From: a virus
Lineage: Duplodnaviria > Caudoviricetes
Reading direction: 5' to 3' (one strand)
IMG/VR virus record: IMGVR_UViG_3300028887_000104
Span: 13,727-77,726 of that record
DNA: 64,000 bases
The notes beneath the pieces are model-generated. The model had not been told where the DNA came from. It saw nothing but the letters and a program-made list of their open reading frames with translations, and did not search any database. The position numbers and the translations under genes are program-made. Below, piece after piece: positions 41,824 through 51,194 of the stretch. Position 1 is the stretch's first letter. Every line of letters begins with the position of its first letter.

Positions 41824-42393
41824 TTATGGAGCGGGTTTTTGCTTTACGCAATCGTACCAGGCATCCTCTGCCATTTGCCGGACTGTCGGAAGCAATTCAA
41901 CGGCCTGACAGAACGGCGGCGTCCAGGATTCATCCGGGGTCTTTGGCGTGTTCTCATCGCGCTGGATTTCCAGACGACGGAGCAGTTCGAAGGTATCCAG
42001 CGCGTTACTGAATTTGATCTCTTCTTCCCATCTTCTGAATGCTTCTTTCGCATCATGCTCTCTTTGCCGCTTTTTGGCGGCTTCCAGCGCCTCCGGAGAC
42101 AAAGGTGAGTCAATGTTCAGGTTGAGATGGAAGGCGGCGTTTAACCACGCTACGGCGTCTTTAAACGGCATATCGTAGTAATGTTGAACTAATGAAATAA
42201 CGTCCCCGCCGGATTTGCATACGTGACAGTAGTATCCGCGATTCCCCGGATAAAGAACACAATTGAAGTCTGTTCCTCCATGGATCGGGCACTGACAGCG
42301 GCTGTGGCGAATCTCCAGGCCGAGCATTCTTCCGACATCCTGCGCAGATACCGTGCTTTTGATCGTCTGTGCTGCGAGAGTTAGCTGGTTCAT
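41824..42393 (-). CDS. CHC2 zinc-finger (primase-like) protein
   Basis: CPIH...YYCHVCKSGGDVISLV...FKDAV.WL. Confidence 0.8.
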   Translation of the reverse strand: MNQLTLAAQTIKSTVSAQDVGRMLGLEIRHSRCQCPIHGGTDFNCVLYPGNRGYYCHVCKSGGDVISLVQHYYDMPFKDAVAWLNAAFHLNLNIDSPLSPEALEAAKKRQREHDAKEAFRRWEEEIKFSNALDTFELLRRLEIQRDENTPKTPDESWTPPFCQAVELLPTVRQMAEDAWYDCVKQKPAP

Positions 42394-43778
42394 CGGATGA
42401 TCACCGCACCCATCTTCCGATAACTCGTGCAGCGTTTTTTGTAAGCGCCCTGGCAGAAACCGATATCATCCACGAAATCATACACGACTGGCGGTTCCTT
42501 ACCCGGGAACGTGCGCTGGACGCGACCGACCGCCTGCGTGATGATCGCGCTGTACTTGCACGGGGATGCAAGGAAGAGACGATCCAGGCAGGGGACATCG
42601 AGACCTTCTTTTGCCAGACTGTAGGATGCAAACAAGTATTTTTTCTTCCCGGTGCGCATGTCCTCAATCGCCTGTTTGCGCGCGGCCTTTGCCTTTTTGC
42701 TTTGCATCTGGCCGTTGATATACGCGGCATTTTCCTTCATGTCATTGGGCAGCCATGCGATGATCGATTCCAGCTGCTCCAGACGGTCGGACAGGATCAG
42801 ACAGCTATGGTCCCAGTTCTGAACGATTGTTTCCGCGATTATCCGGTTCCTTCGTTCATCCGTTGTCAGGTATCCGATGAGCTTGACGTAGTTTATAGTA
42901 CCGTCATCATTCAGGCATTCATCTGCGATCTCGGTTCCGGTATCAATCCGGCGGATTGTCGCCTGCATGGTGCGGTCCGCAACGGCAGAGTCCGGAACTG
43001 TATAGACCACATCGCCGAGCAGTGCGAACGTGGTGCGGATCAGTCCGTCGGACCTTTCCGGAGTGGCCGTGATTCCCCACTTATGACGGGCGGACAAGTG
43101 ATTCAGAACCTTCTCATAGCGGGTAAAGGATTTAGCGGAACTGCTGACACGGTGGCATTCATCCACGATAACGACATCCCAGTAATCCCGGTACTGCTGA
43201 AGCTCCAGGTTTGCCATGGTCTGAACAGTCGCGAACGTAACGCCGACGCCGATATTGGTTTTCCCTTCCGTAATCGTTCCGATCAGAGATTCATCCATGT
43301 ATCGGAGTGCACGTTCCCGGGACTGGTTTAACAGGTCCGCCGTATGGCACAGCCAGAGTGCACGGCGACGTGTTGCTTTAATCAGCGCAATTCCCATCTG
43401 CGTCTTTCCGGAACCTGGTTTACTCTTCAGGATGCCATACTTCGCTTCCATCATTTTCATTACGGCTGTTTTCTGATCGTCGTACAGTCCCATGCTTTTG
43501 CTGCCGTAATCGATAATATTATCCTGGCGGAAGTCGCATGTGACCAGCGTATCCCGCAGAAGCGGCATAATTTCCCGGATAACGCCGAAAGGCATGATCA
43601 ACGTGTTCCCGTTCCACTCATACAAGCGAAGTTCGCGCGGGGTCCGGCCCAGCCAAAACCCCATGCGCTGCTTCTTTTCATATTCCGGATTGGCGAAACA
43701 CAGGTTTGTCTTTGCCCAGGAGATAACGTCATTGGACGGATCCTCAATAAAGATACGGTTGGCGATCTTCGTATTCAC
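42390..43778 (-). CDS. Superfamily 2 DEAD/DEAH-like helicase
   Basis: PGSGKT, VDECH, GITATPERSDG, EGLDVP.LD, QAVGRVQR. Confidence 0.9.
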   Translation of the reverse strand: MNTKIANRIFIEDPSNDVISWAKTNLCFANPEYEKKQRMGFWLGRTPRELRLYEWNGNTLIMPFGVIREIMPLLRDTLVTCDFRQDNIIDYGSKSMGLYDDQKTAVMKMMEAKYGILKSKPGSGKTQMGIALIKATRRRALWLCHTADLLNQSRERALRYMDESLIGTITEGKTNIGVGVTFATVQTMANLELQQYRDYWDVVIVDECHRVSSSAKSFTRYEKVLNHLSARHKWGITATPERSDGLIRTTFALLGDVVYTVPDSAVADRTMQATIRRIDTGTEIADECLNDDGTINYVKLIGYLTTDERRNRIIAETIVQNWDHSCLILSDRLEQLESIIAWLPNDMKENAAYINGQMQSKKAKAARKQAIEDMRTGKKKYLFASYSLAKEGLDVPCLDRLFLASPCKYSAIITQAVGRVQRTFPGKEPPVVYDFVDDIGFCQGAYKKRCTSYRKMGAVIIR

Positions 43779-44209
43779 ATATCATCCCCCCACGTTTCAC
43801 TGGCCTTTAGCCATTTCTCCAGCGGCCACGCCTGCGTGCGAATATCGTTATCCGTCATGCGTTTTCTGTTACGGTTTTTCATGGTTTCCATGCGTTCCAG
43901 AGATATCATCCACATTGTCCCATCCGGAAGGCGAAACGCAAAATAACAGAGTTCAAATGCTTTCTTATGAAACATCTTCATGGCTGATCTCTGGTTGTCC
44001 TCAATTCGTTCGAACGGAAACCCTTTGTCATCACTGATCACCTTGCAGTCGATCAGCGTATGATAGTGCCCACGGATGGCGATAATGTCCGCAGGCTGGC
44101 CGGATTTGTTCTGCTGGAGAACATGCACCCAGAATCCGGCGTCCGCCATGATATGGGACAATTCCTGTTCGAACCGGCCGCCGACGGTACGGTTATCGGT
44201 TTTCTGCAT
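43775..44209 (-). CDS. Holliday junction resolvase-like PD-(D/E)XK nuclease
   Basis: GGRFEQE, QPADIIA, LIDCK; GAGGAGG RBS. Confidence 0.7.
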   Translation of the reverse strand: MQKTDNRTVGGRFEQELSHIMADAGFWVHVLQQNKSGQPADIIAIRGHYHTLIDCKVISDDKGFPFERIEDNQRSAMKMFHKKAFELCYFAFRLPDGTMWMISLERMETMKNRNRKRMTDNDIRTQAWPLEKWLKASETWGDDM

Positions 44210-44489
44210 CCTCCTCGTCCTCCTCAAAGATGGCCTCTGCGAATTTCTCGTATTCAACCTTGCCGGTGACGTATTTCAGTTTTCCAGGCTGCGTTCCGAA
44301 CAGGCTGCACATCATTTCCTGATCTGCGGTAAAAGAGTCGCAGCAGCAGACGCCAAGCTGATCATTCCCACGGGACGTATCACAGACGATTTTGTCCCCA
44401 GCTTCCAGCAAAATTGATTTGGGGACTTTGAACAGGTATTTTCCATTGTCTTGCAGATGCTTTATAATCACAAACTTTTTCAGAATCAT
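44193..44489 (-). CDS. Hypothetical phage protein
   Basis: AGAGGAG RBS, 98 aa. Confidence 0.65.
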   Translation of the reverse strand: MILKKFVIIKHLQDNGKYLFKVPKSILLEAGDKIVCDTSRGNDQLGVCCCDSFTADQEMMCSLFGTQPGKLKYVTGKVEYEKFAEAIFEEDEEDAENR

Positions 44490-44559
44490 ATTTATTCTCC
44501 TCTAAAAATAGTCTCCGGATGCCGATCTCTGTCGGTGCTTAATCCGGAGGAATAATATT

Positions 44560-44674
44560 GCAATGCGGGTGAGGATTTGCACCTCACATGGATTTTTCGC
44601 TATTTAGCCACGCGCAGCGTCAAGCAGCATGTCTCCGTGCTATTTGCGTCTACCTATTCCAGCCACCGCATCGC
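44560..44674 (-). ncRNA. tRNA-like RNA with atypical central domain
   Basis: Minus strand: GCGATGCGG/CCGCATTGC acceptor, TGGCTGGAATAGGTAGACGC D-arm, GTGAGG-TGCAAAT-CCTCAC T-arm. Confidence 0.65.
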
Positions 44675-44859
44675 ACAGTCAGCGCCTATCCCTCGTCATC
44701 GCTGTTGCCGCGCAAACCCATACCTACACATACGCGGTCCCCACAACTGTATTGCCGTTGTGCCGTCTCCCCACCAATCAGGCACAAGTCCCGCCGATCC
44801 AACCGCCCCGGGTGCACGTCCTTGGAGTTGGAAAGGACTACTCCGAATTGAGAACATGT

Positions 44860-45261
44860 TTAGAATGGCAATTCACCTTCTGGCAATTCCACAGGCGTCA
44901 TGTTCGGCTGCACGGGAGCTTCTGCGGCCTGGGCCTGTTCAGACTGTCCGACCGGAGACAGGAACTCGACGTCCTCCGCAAAGACTTCAAGCGTCGCAGA
45001 CGGCTGATTATCCCGGTTCGTAAACGCATGGACCGATACGGCACCGACAACGACGACCTTCTTGCCTTTGACCAGATATTTCTGGCAGTTTTCGCCAAGC
45101 TTGCCCCAGGCGGATACGCGGAAGAAATCCGCTTCCGGCTGACCTTCTGTCCTCCTGCGGCGGTTGACAGCAACGGTGAAATTGCAGACGGACTTGCCGT
45201 CCTGAGTGTTTCTGGATTCCGGATCCCTTGTGAGATTCCCGATGATAGTAAGTCGATTCAT
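44860..45261 (-). CDS. ssb: Single-stranded DNA-binding protein
   Basis: IIGNLTRDPE, FTVAVNR, ADFFRVSAWGKLGE, acidic ELPF tail. Confidence 0.95.
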   Translation of the reverse strand: MNRLTIIGNLTRDPESRNTQDGKSVCNFTVAVNRRRRTEGQPEADFFRVSAWGKLGENCQKYLVKGKKVVVVGAVSVHAFTNRDNQPSATLEVFAEDVEFLSPVGQSEQAQAAEAPVQPNMTPVELPEGELPF

Positions 45262-45457
45262 GTCTGCTTCTCCTCTTCTGTATTATTGATTGCCTGTTCC
45301 TTCAGGTATTTCATCAGGTTGATGCATCTGTTTTTGTAATTGCACATAATTGTTGTGTTGTGGATTTCTTCACCGTTTATAAGATATAATGTTTCCCTGT
45401 CTACAACCGCGTCAAACCGATCACAATTCTGACAGTAATCCTGAACTTGCAGTTCAA

Positions 45458-46387
45458 TCATTCTCCCGCCTCCGCCATGAGCTGCGCGGCGAGATCGTTA
45501 GCCTGGGCATTCACAGCTTTCACGACATCTTCCGCTTTCACGGCGTTCTGTGTGGCTGCATCCATTGCCGTTTTGGCTTTCTGACCGCAGTTTACGCACA
45601 GCGGCCTGCCATACTTTTCCTTGCCCATTTTGGCAATGGTTTCCGCAGTGAAATCCTTCACGCCGATGATTTCCGAACCGCAGTCAGCGCACTTCGGAAC
45701 AGTCTTTTTCTTCGCTTTTTCCGGCTTTTTTTCCGGTTCCGGAGCAGGTTCTTCCGACAGGATTGCATTGCTCAGATTCTGAGCAGACGGAACCGGCATG
45801 ACCGGACTGGCATCGTAGATCTCTTCTGCCGTCTGGAGACCCATCATGGCCTCCGGGCAGAACATCCTGGCGAAAAAGCTTGCCGCACGGTATCCAAGCA
45901 TCTGCTCCGGCATGTTCTTCCACTTGCTGTTGCTCATCCATCCTTCGCTTTTCGCCATCTGGATGGTGACCTCGGTTCCACGCAGGACTTCGCCGTCTGA
46001 AATGCGCGTAGCTTCCACGTAGCATCCGCGATTATCCGTTCCGCGTTCGCCGGTATAAACGTGTTTCACATTGCGGAACTTACCGCAGGCGGAAATCATC
46101 GCCATGCAGGCCTGACCGGCCCAGCTGGGTTTGCCTTTCACAACATAGAGGTTCTGCATGATAAAGATCGGACTTGTGTTCATCCGTGCCGCCATTTCCA
46201 CGGCGATGAAACAATCTTCCGGTTTGCCACGGTAGGTCTCCGGGACAATCGTGCTCTTGCTGAGCATGTTCGCGACCCGGGCAACCTGGTCAAAGGCCTC
46301 CTTGTTCTGCCATACGTTCATGGCAGCCTGCGTCGGGATCTGAATCCCTGTGTTCTGTTCCTGCTGAATGATTCCTGTCTCGCTCAT
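45458..46387 (-). CDS. recT: RecT-family ssDNA annealing recombinase with C-terminal zinc finger
   Basis: IMQNLYVVKGKP, W..MPEQML.YRAASFFAR, MGLQTAEE. Confidence 0.75.
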   Translation of the reverse strand: MSETGIIQQEQNTGIQIPTQAAMNVWQNKEAFDQVARVANMLSKSTIVPETYRGKPEDCFIAVEMAARMNTSPIFIMQNLYVVKGKPSWAGQACMAMISACGKFRNVKHVYTGERGTDNRGCYVEATRISDGEVLRGTEVTIQMAKSEGWMSNSKWKNMPEQMLGYRAASFFARMFCPEAMMGLQTAEEIYDASPVMPVPSAQNLSNAILSEEPAPEPEKKPEKAKKKTVPKCADCGSEIIGVKDFTAETIAKMGKEKYGRPLCVNCGQKAKTAMDAATQNAVKAEDVVKAVNAQANDLAAQLMAEAGE

Positions 46388-46527
46388 CGTACGTTCCTCC
46401 ATTCGTAGTTTTTGCTACCTTTTCCCAGTGATTTTTTGTCCATTGTTTTCGCTTTTCTTTGTTCTTTTGATAGTATTGCCTATAATATTCTCGTCTTGCA
46501 TTAATGGCTTCTTCGGATAATTTTTTC

Positions 46528-46983
46528 TCACAATCCATAATGCTCTTCTCCGTATTCTTTAATAATCTCTGCGACAACAATGTATTCAGGGATTGAATGC
46601 GTGTTGTGTTTTTCACAAAGCTCTATTTTCTTACTATGTATCGTTTTTCTTATTGTTTCAGTTCGTGGGATTTTAATCGTATTAGCAATCCTTTGGGGTG
46701 ATGAATGTTCTTTATAGTATTGCAAGAACTCTTCTCTTCTTTTGGCAAGATCCATAATGTAACTGTGTCCTTCTTTGCTTGTAATGCCATTGTTAAATAT
46801 AACTATATCGTTTGGATACAGTTCTTTCACTGCCAAAGACGTTTTCATCCCCCAATTGCGTCCTGAAATTGAATTGCCATTCTCTTTCGCATACTTTGTA
46901 AGAAAATCGATAAGCTGTTTCTTATCATAAAGATCAACATTCAAACATGAAAGTTGATTTTTAGCACGCAATAAATGATCCAT
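46528..46983 (-). CDS. AT-rich hypothetical protein
   Basis: 151 aa, visibly low GC between recE-like gene and recT. Confidence 0.55.
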   Translation of the reverse strand: MDHLLRAKNQLSCLNVDLYDKKQLIDFLTKYAKENGNSISGRNWGMKTSLAVKELYPNDIVIFNNGITSKEGHSYIMDLAKRREEFLQYYKEHSSPQRIANTIKIPRTETIRKTIHSKKIELCEKHNTHSIPEYIVVAEIIKEYGEEHYGL

Positions 46984-47792
46984 TAATCGTCATCCTTCAG
47001 CCATTTCGGCAGGTGAATCTGCGCGATCTGATTATCAAAGCCTTCGTATCCGGGCCACGTCCGTTCCGTGCGGCACTTGTGATACAGCGCCAGCAGACTG
47101 CGATACCCTGGAACCTTGCCGGTCTTATCGCCATTCATGCCCAGGCGGATCTCGTCCTCGCCGCACTGAAGGACGTTCACCGCGTACGGAGGATCCTTCT
47201 CGACTGCTACGAAGACAAACACGCTGTCTTTGCCGGTATGACATTTTACACCATCGGAGTACATTGCCGCCTGCATGAAGTATCCGTATTTGACGGCATC
47301 CCGGACAAACTCTTCCGTTTCCGCGCTGGCGCAGGTCTTCAGGTCCACAATGTAGTGTACGTCGTTGATATCCGTCTCACAGTCGGTCTTGCACTTGCAG
47401 CGTTCGCCGGTTTCCGGATCGTTCCAGAAGTGGGCTGTCTCATGCTTCCCGGTCAGCAGGCGCTTCGCAAACGGATTTGCTTTGATCGCTGCGGCAATAC
47501 TGTCGATTTGTTCACTCTGATCTTTGGTCAGCAGGATCTTCCCGGCATCCAGGGCCTGCTGCTTCAGCGCTTTGCCTTCCTTGGTGCGGGCGTCAAAGTC
47601 AGCTACCATGTACGTCTTTTTAAACTGCCTGGGTTCCAGGACTGCGCAGTGAACCGCGCTTCCAAAGGCCATCGCCGCATTCTGCTCTGCGGGATGATCC
47701 ACCGCATAACGGAAATGCGCAGGACTCCTTTTCAGTTTCCACAGGTCGCTCCGGCGGATCCCTTTCCGCCTGTTATAGGTTTCCTCAGTCAT
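46983..47792 (-). CDS. RecE/exonuclease VIII-like PD-(D/E)XK nuclease
   Basis: SPAHF, FGSAVH..VLEP, CKCKTD, IVDLKT, YFMQAAMY. Confidence 0.85.
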   Translation of the reverse strand: MTEETYNRRKGIRRSDLWKLKRSPAHFRYAVDHPAEQNAAMAFGSAVHCAVLEPRQFKKTYMVADFDARTKEGKALKQQALDAGKILLTKDQSEQIDSIAAAIKANPFAKRLLTGKHETAHFWNDPETGERCKCKTDCETDINDVHYIVDLKTCASAETEEFVRDAVKYGYFMQAAMYSDGVKCHTGKDSVFVFVAVEKDPPYAVNVLQCGEDEIRLGMNGDKTGKVPGYRSLLALYHKCRTERTWPGYEGFDNQIAQIHLPKWLKDDD

Positions 47793-48413
47793 GATTTTCC
47801 TCCTCAATCATCTTTCCAAGCTCACGTAACTTTTTCTCTGCCATCCATTTGGACAGCAGGCAGATATTCACCACGCCGGTTACCCATCCGCCAGCGAACA
47901 TCAGCAGACCACCCTGCTGGTATGCGATGACGGCGGCGACCCCGGCAATGATTCCGCTTAAAAAGGTCAACCACACTACGTTTTTCACACTCCTTTACCA
48001 CGTTTCGTAATATTAGTGGGGATTTAAAAACGGCTGTCCCCAACCGGCGGCTAACTGTCCTTTCCATTATCCACCCGGGAAAAACGGTCAAAGAAGACGA
48101 GTGGTTTTTGAGGACAATGCGCGACAGGAGGTCTCCGCTCTGGATCAAGTCCATTGCCTAAAGTATTATTCATACGGAGTGTAGTCTCTCCGACGATACT
48201 TTCTGTTCTTGCGATCCTTTATGATCAGTCTGATAAAGCTTTCGCTCATTGTGTTCTGGCTTTCTCTGTACTCGCGCTCTTTCTTGCGCATTTCGTCCAG
48301 TTTTTTCCTCCATGCTTTGTAGCGTTCGCATTTGCCATGGCATCCGATCTCCCTGTCTTTGCATCCCTTGCACACGCATCCGCCCGGGCCTGGGAACCGA
48401 CTGTTGGGATTCT

Positions 48414-48905
48414 TCAATTCCCCCACTCCCTTCCGTTGTACGGACAGAGATATGTACCTTCGTACGTATCCATCGGGAGATGGGTCTTCAGCAGTTTGCA
48501 CAGATTGCACTTCGCGCTTTCTTCGAACGTGTCCGTGCAGTCCATGCACTTGATCTGGGCCGCGTCGATCAGTGTCCTCAGTTCTTCCTTTTGCAGGACG
48601 ACACTGGTTTTTGACGGTGTCGCTTTCGGAACGAGACGCATCTCATAATCCGTAGCTGTTGCCATCAGGTTGGCGCGCTGCTTTTCCGGGATCGTCTGGC
48701 GGATTTCGTTCAGGATTCTGATGCTGTCATCCGCGAGGAAGGCCATGCGCTCCGTACCGTTTTCCACCATTTTCAGGCGCTTTGCAAGATCCGTTTTCGA
48801 ATCAATCAGGGTTGATACGGTATTCATGAGGAACAGCAGGCAAGTCTTCTCCCGGCGGTTCAGATCAACGGCGTCTTCTCTGGTAGGATATACAAAGTTC
48901 ATCAT
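48414..48905 (-). CDS. Hypothetical protein with C-terminal Cys cluster
   Basis: GGAGG RBS; CMDC...CNLC...CPY. Confidence 0.6.
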   Translation of the reverse strand: MMNFVYPTREDAVDLNRREKTCLLFLMNTVSTLIDSKTDLAKRLKMVENGTERMAFLADDSIRILNEIRQTIPEKQRANLMATATDYEMRLVPKATPSKTSVVLQKEELRTLIDAAQIKCMDCTDTFEESAKCNLCKLLKTHLPMDTYEGTYLCPYNGREWGN

Positions 48906-49447
48906 TCTCCTCCAAACTCCAGGTATTCGGATCGCACATACCCACGATTCGTGACAGACCATTCCGGCGTCCAGTAATAGACCGTAACAACGGTCATCGG
49001 TTTCAGCCAGCGCGTCCGTCTTCCATTGACGTATTTCCTGGCGGCGAGACGCTTATTTGCGATTACGGTATACCGTTCGTTCTTGTATTCCGGCCTGTCG
49101 TATACAACGAACCCGGAATGGATCCAACCTTCCGATTGTTCGAAGCTCAGATCAACGCAATGCAGATATCCGTTCTGTTCATCGCCGTCCAGTTTGACTA
49201 CGTCTCCGGGTTCCAGGATTCCGATACTGTTGCTGTTTTTGTTCGGACTGTTCCGGACGTTGACGTAATCATCCGGCATGCAGATCACATAGCCGTCATA
49301 GGTCCATACTTCGTCCGCGAATGCATCCGCAAAGCCGAGGTTTTTGTACAGCCAGACTACGCTGTAGATGAACGCGGCGATCAGCGCGATCTCCAGCAAC
49401 AGGATCAGGATTTTGCAGGTGTCCGTATCCCGGAAACGTTTCTTCAT
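48902..49447 (-). CDS. Membrane-anchored SH3b-domain protein
   Basis: N-terminal TM; YVNVRNSP, GWIHSGFV, GYVRSEYL. Confidence 0.75.
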   Translation of the reverse strand: MKKRFRDTDTCKILILLLEIALIAAFIYSVVWLYKNLGFADAFADEVWTYDGYVICMPDDYVNVRNSPNKNSNSIGILEPGDVVKLDGDEQNGYLHCVDLSFEQSEGWIHSGFVVYDRPEYKNERYTVIANKRLAARKYVNGRRTRWLKPMTVVTVYYWTPEWSVTNRGYVRSEYLEFGGE

Positions 49448-49902
49448 TCTGTTTGATCTCCTATCACTTCATTAATTGCGTGGATTACTCCGGCAAGCTC
49501 AGCCAGGGTCTGATACTTTGCTTTGAAAGATGTTAGTTCGCGCTTTGCGATATTGAGTAAACGCTCTTTCTTTGACTCATCGCTCATGATCACTTCCGTA
49601 GGAATGTACTCATGCGATGTGCGCTCAATGTTGAAATAGGCACGGACTGGTGGCGATTGTTCTTCATCATCCACCGTTACGGAGATGCTGGCGATCATGA
49701 CGCGCCCGGTTTGTTCCCGCCACTTTTCAGCGGCAATGGAATCGTCCCATTCAAACTCGTTATGCAGCGGCGAATCATCCGGCCTGCTCACTTCCACGAG
49801 TTCCGCAGGACTTAGCCTGCCTTTACTTGCGAGCTGATCCATTACGCTCTTTGCAACTTCTGCCGATACTTTAAACCGGCTCCCTTTTACCCATGAGATC
49901 AA
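49444..49902 (-). CDS. Accessory protein of the Cas7-like/GGYNN locus
   Basis: AAGGAG RBS directly after the array; LSPAELVEVSRPDDSPLHNEFEWDDSIAAEKWR. Confidence 0.75.
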   Translation of the reverse strand: MISWVKGSRFKVSAEVAKSVMDQLASKGRLSPAELVEVSRPDDSPLHNEFEWDDSIAAEKWREQTGRVMIASISVTVDDEEQSPPVRAYFNIERTSHEYIPTEVIMSDESKKERLLNIAKRELTSFKAKYQTLAELAGVIHAINEVIGDQTE

Positions 49903-49924
49903 GTGTAATCACTCCTTCTTTTTT

Positions 49925-50410
49925 GCCTGCCGCAGGCTTGCCTTACCGTACCGCGCCTTTCCTTTCCAGGGCGCACCATGCATTGCCAGAACGCACCTTG
50001 CCTCGCCTGCCGAACCGAACCTTGCATTTCCATAACAGAACAAACCCTATCGAACCAAACCACACATCGCCATGCCTGCCATACCATTCCTCACGCCTGC
50101 CAAACCATGCCGGACCGCGCCAGACACGGCCTTGACATAACTTGCCTGCCATACCTTACAAAACGTTGTCTTGACATATCGAACACCGACTCAACATGCA
50201 TCAACATGCCTTGCCTGCCTTGCCTTGACGCGCCAAGACTAAACGCAACATGCCGTATCCCAACTCGCCTCGCCTGCCATACCAGGACACACCAGGCACT
50301 TCCTTAACTAACCTCCCGTAACAAACCAAGCCTGCCAAACCATGACGCACCGAGACTAAACTTGCACGACCGTGCCACGCAACACCTTAACCAGACCTCC
50401 CATGCCTGCC
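49925..50410 (-). ncRNA. GGY-NN pentamer guide-like array (8 units delimited by 9 GGCAGGC)
   Basis: Strict 5-nt phase; GCCTGCC at 49925, 50005, 50074, 50095, 50144, 50213, 50272, 50330, 50404. Confidence 0.8.
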
Positions 50411-50421
50411 AGTTGCCATGT

Positions 50422-51150
50422 TCATGCGTTTTCAATATGGAACATACCGTACTGTCCGTCGCGTTCCGGTCTCCATTCGCCGATGCCGCAGACATATCCA
50501 CCAGCGTTGATCATGCTCATGATCTGGTCGATGTTGTACTGGCCGCTTTCGTTGAAAGAAATCGTCAGGTCTGCGTACCAGTTATCAAACTCGCCACGGT
50601 ACCGCAGGTCTGCACTGCCCATGCCAACCTTTACCATATCCTGGCGCATCGACAGCTTTTCATACTTGATCTCCACCATCGGTTCGTTGTGGAACACGTT
50701 CGGAATGATGTCGATCCGCTTATGGTCCGGAGCAATTTCCATGTCACCGGCCCAGTAACCGTTCACCTGCGGTTCGATGAAGAACACGCCGCGCAGCGAC
50801 ATCTTGTCCTTCGACCATCCCATCCGGTAAGCTGCACTGATTGCCGCCTGCTTAATACCGGTCAGCGGGAATCCGAATCTCGCGCCATTTTCGATAGCGT
50901 CGCTGATGCTTTCTTTCGTCAACGGATCCGGCATTTTGTCGAGCCAGTACATGCTGGTGGCAAAATCTTCATATGGGTTCTTCGGATCTTTTACGACCCG
51001 CTTGATGCCCATTTCGGACTCAAGCATCGCGCGTTTCGCTTTTACATCCCAGCAGTGGGTGATCAGCGGAGAATCTCCGACGATCCTAATGTTGACCAGT
51101 TTCTTCCTAATGGGTTCGATAGTAATGAGTTCCTTTTTTGCCGCAGCCAT
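50422..51150 (-). CDS. Cas7/RAMP-like RNA-binding protein (Vipr-like)
   Basis: IRIVGDSPLI N-terminal strand, FPLTGIKQA, and C-terminal Gly-rich loop GGYVCGIGEWRPERDGQYGMF as in RAMP proteins. Confidence 0.65.
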   Translation of the reverse strand: MAAAKKELITIEPIRKKLVNIRIVGDSPLITHCWDVKAKRAMLESEMGIKRVVKDPKNPYEDFATSMYWLDKMPDPLTKESISDAIENGARFGFPLTGIKQAAISAAYRMGWSKDKMSLRGVFFIEPQVNGYWAGDMEIAPDHKRIDIIPNVFHNEPMVEIKYEKLSMRQDMVKVGMGSADLRYRGEFDNWYADLTISFNESGQYNIDQIMSMINAGGYVCGIGEWRPERDGQYGMFHIENA

Positions 51151-51194
51151 AATTTTCTCACTTTCCCCGCATTAGCGGTCTTTATTTATAAACC

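Noticed and set aside
47990-48160. Possible structured RNA in an intergenic gap
   Set aside because: Only short, unconvincing stems; cannot be supported without folding and homologues.
49925-50410. Classical CRISPR or TIGR-type array; simple microsatellite
   Set aside because: No 25-40 bp constant repeat or box C/D-like motifs. Variation is confined to two of every five positions, unlike slippage repeats.
49899-50501. Short ORFs called across the pentamer array
   Set aside because: No RBS, Arg/Gly/Trp/Cys-biased low-complexity translations; by-products of the repeat.
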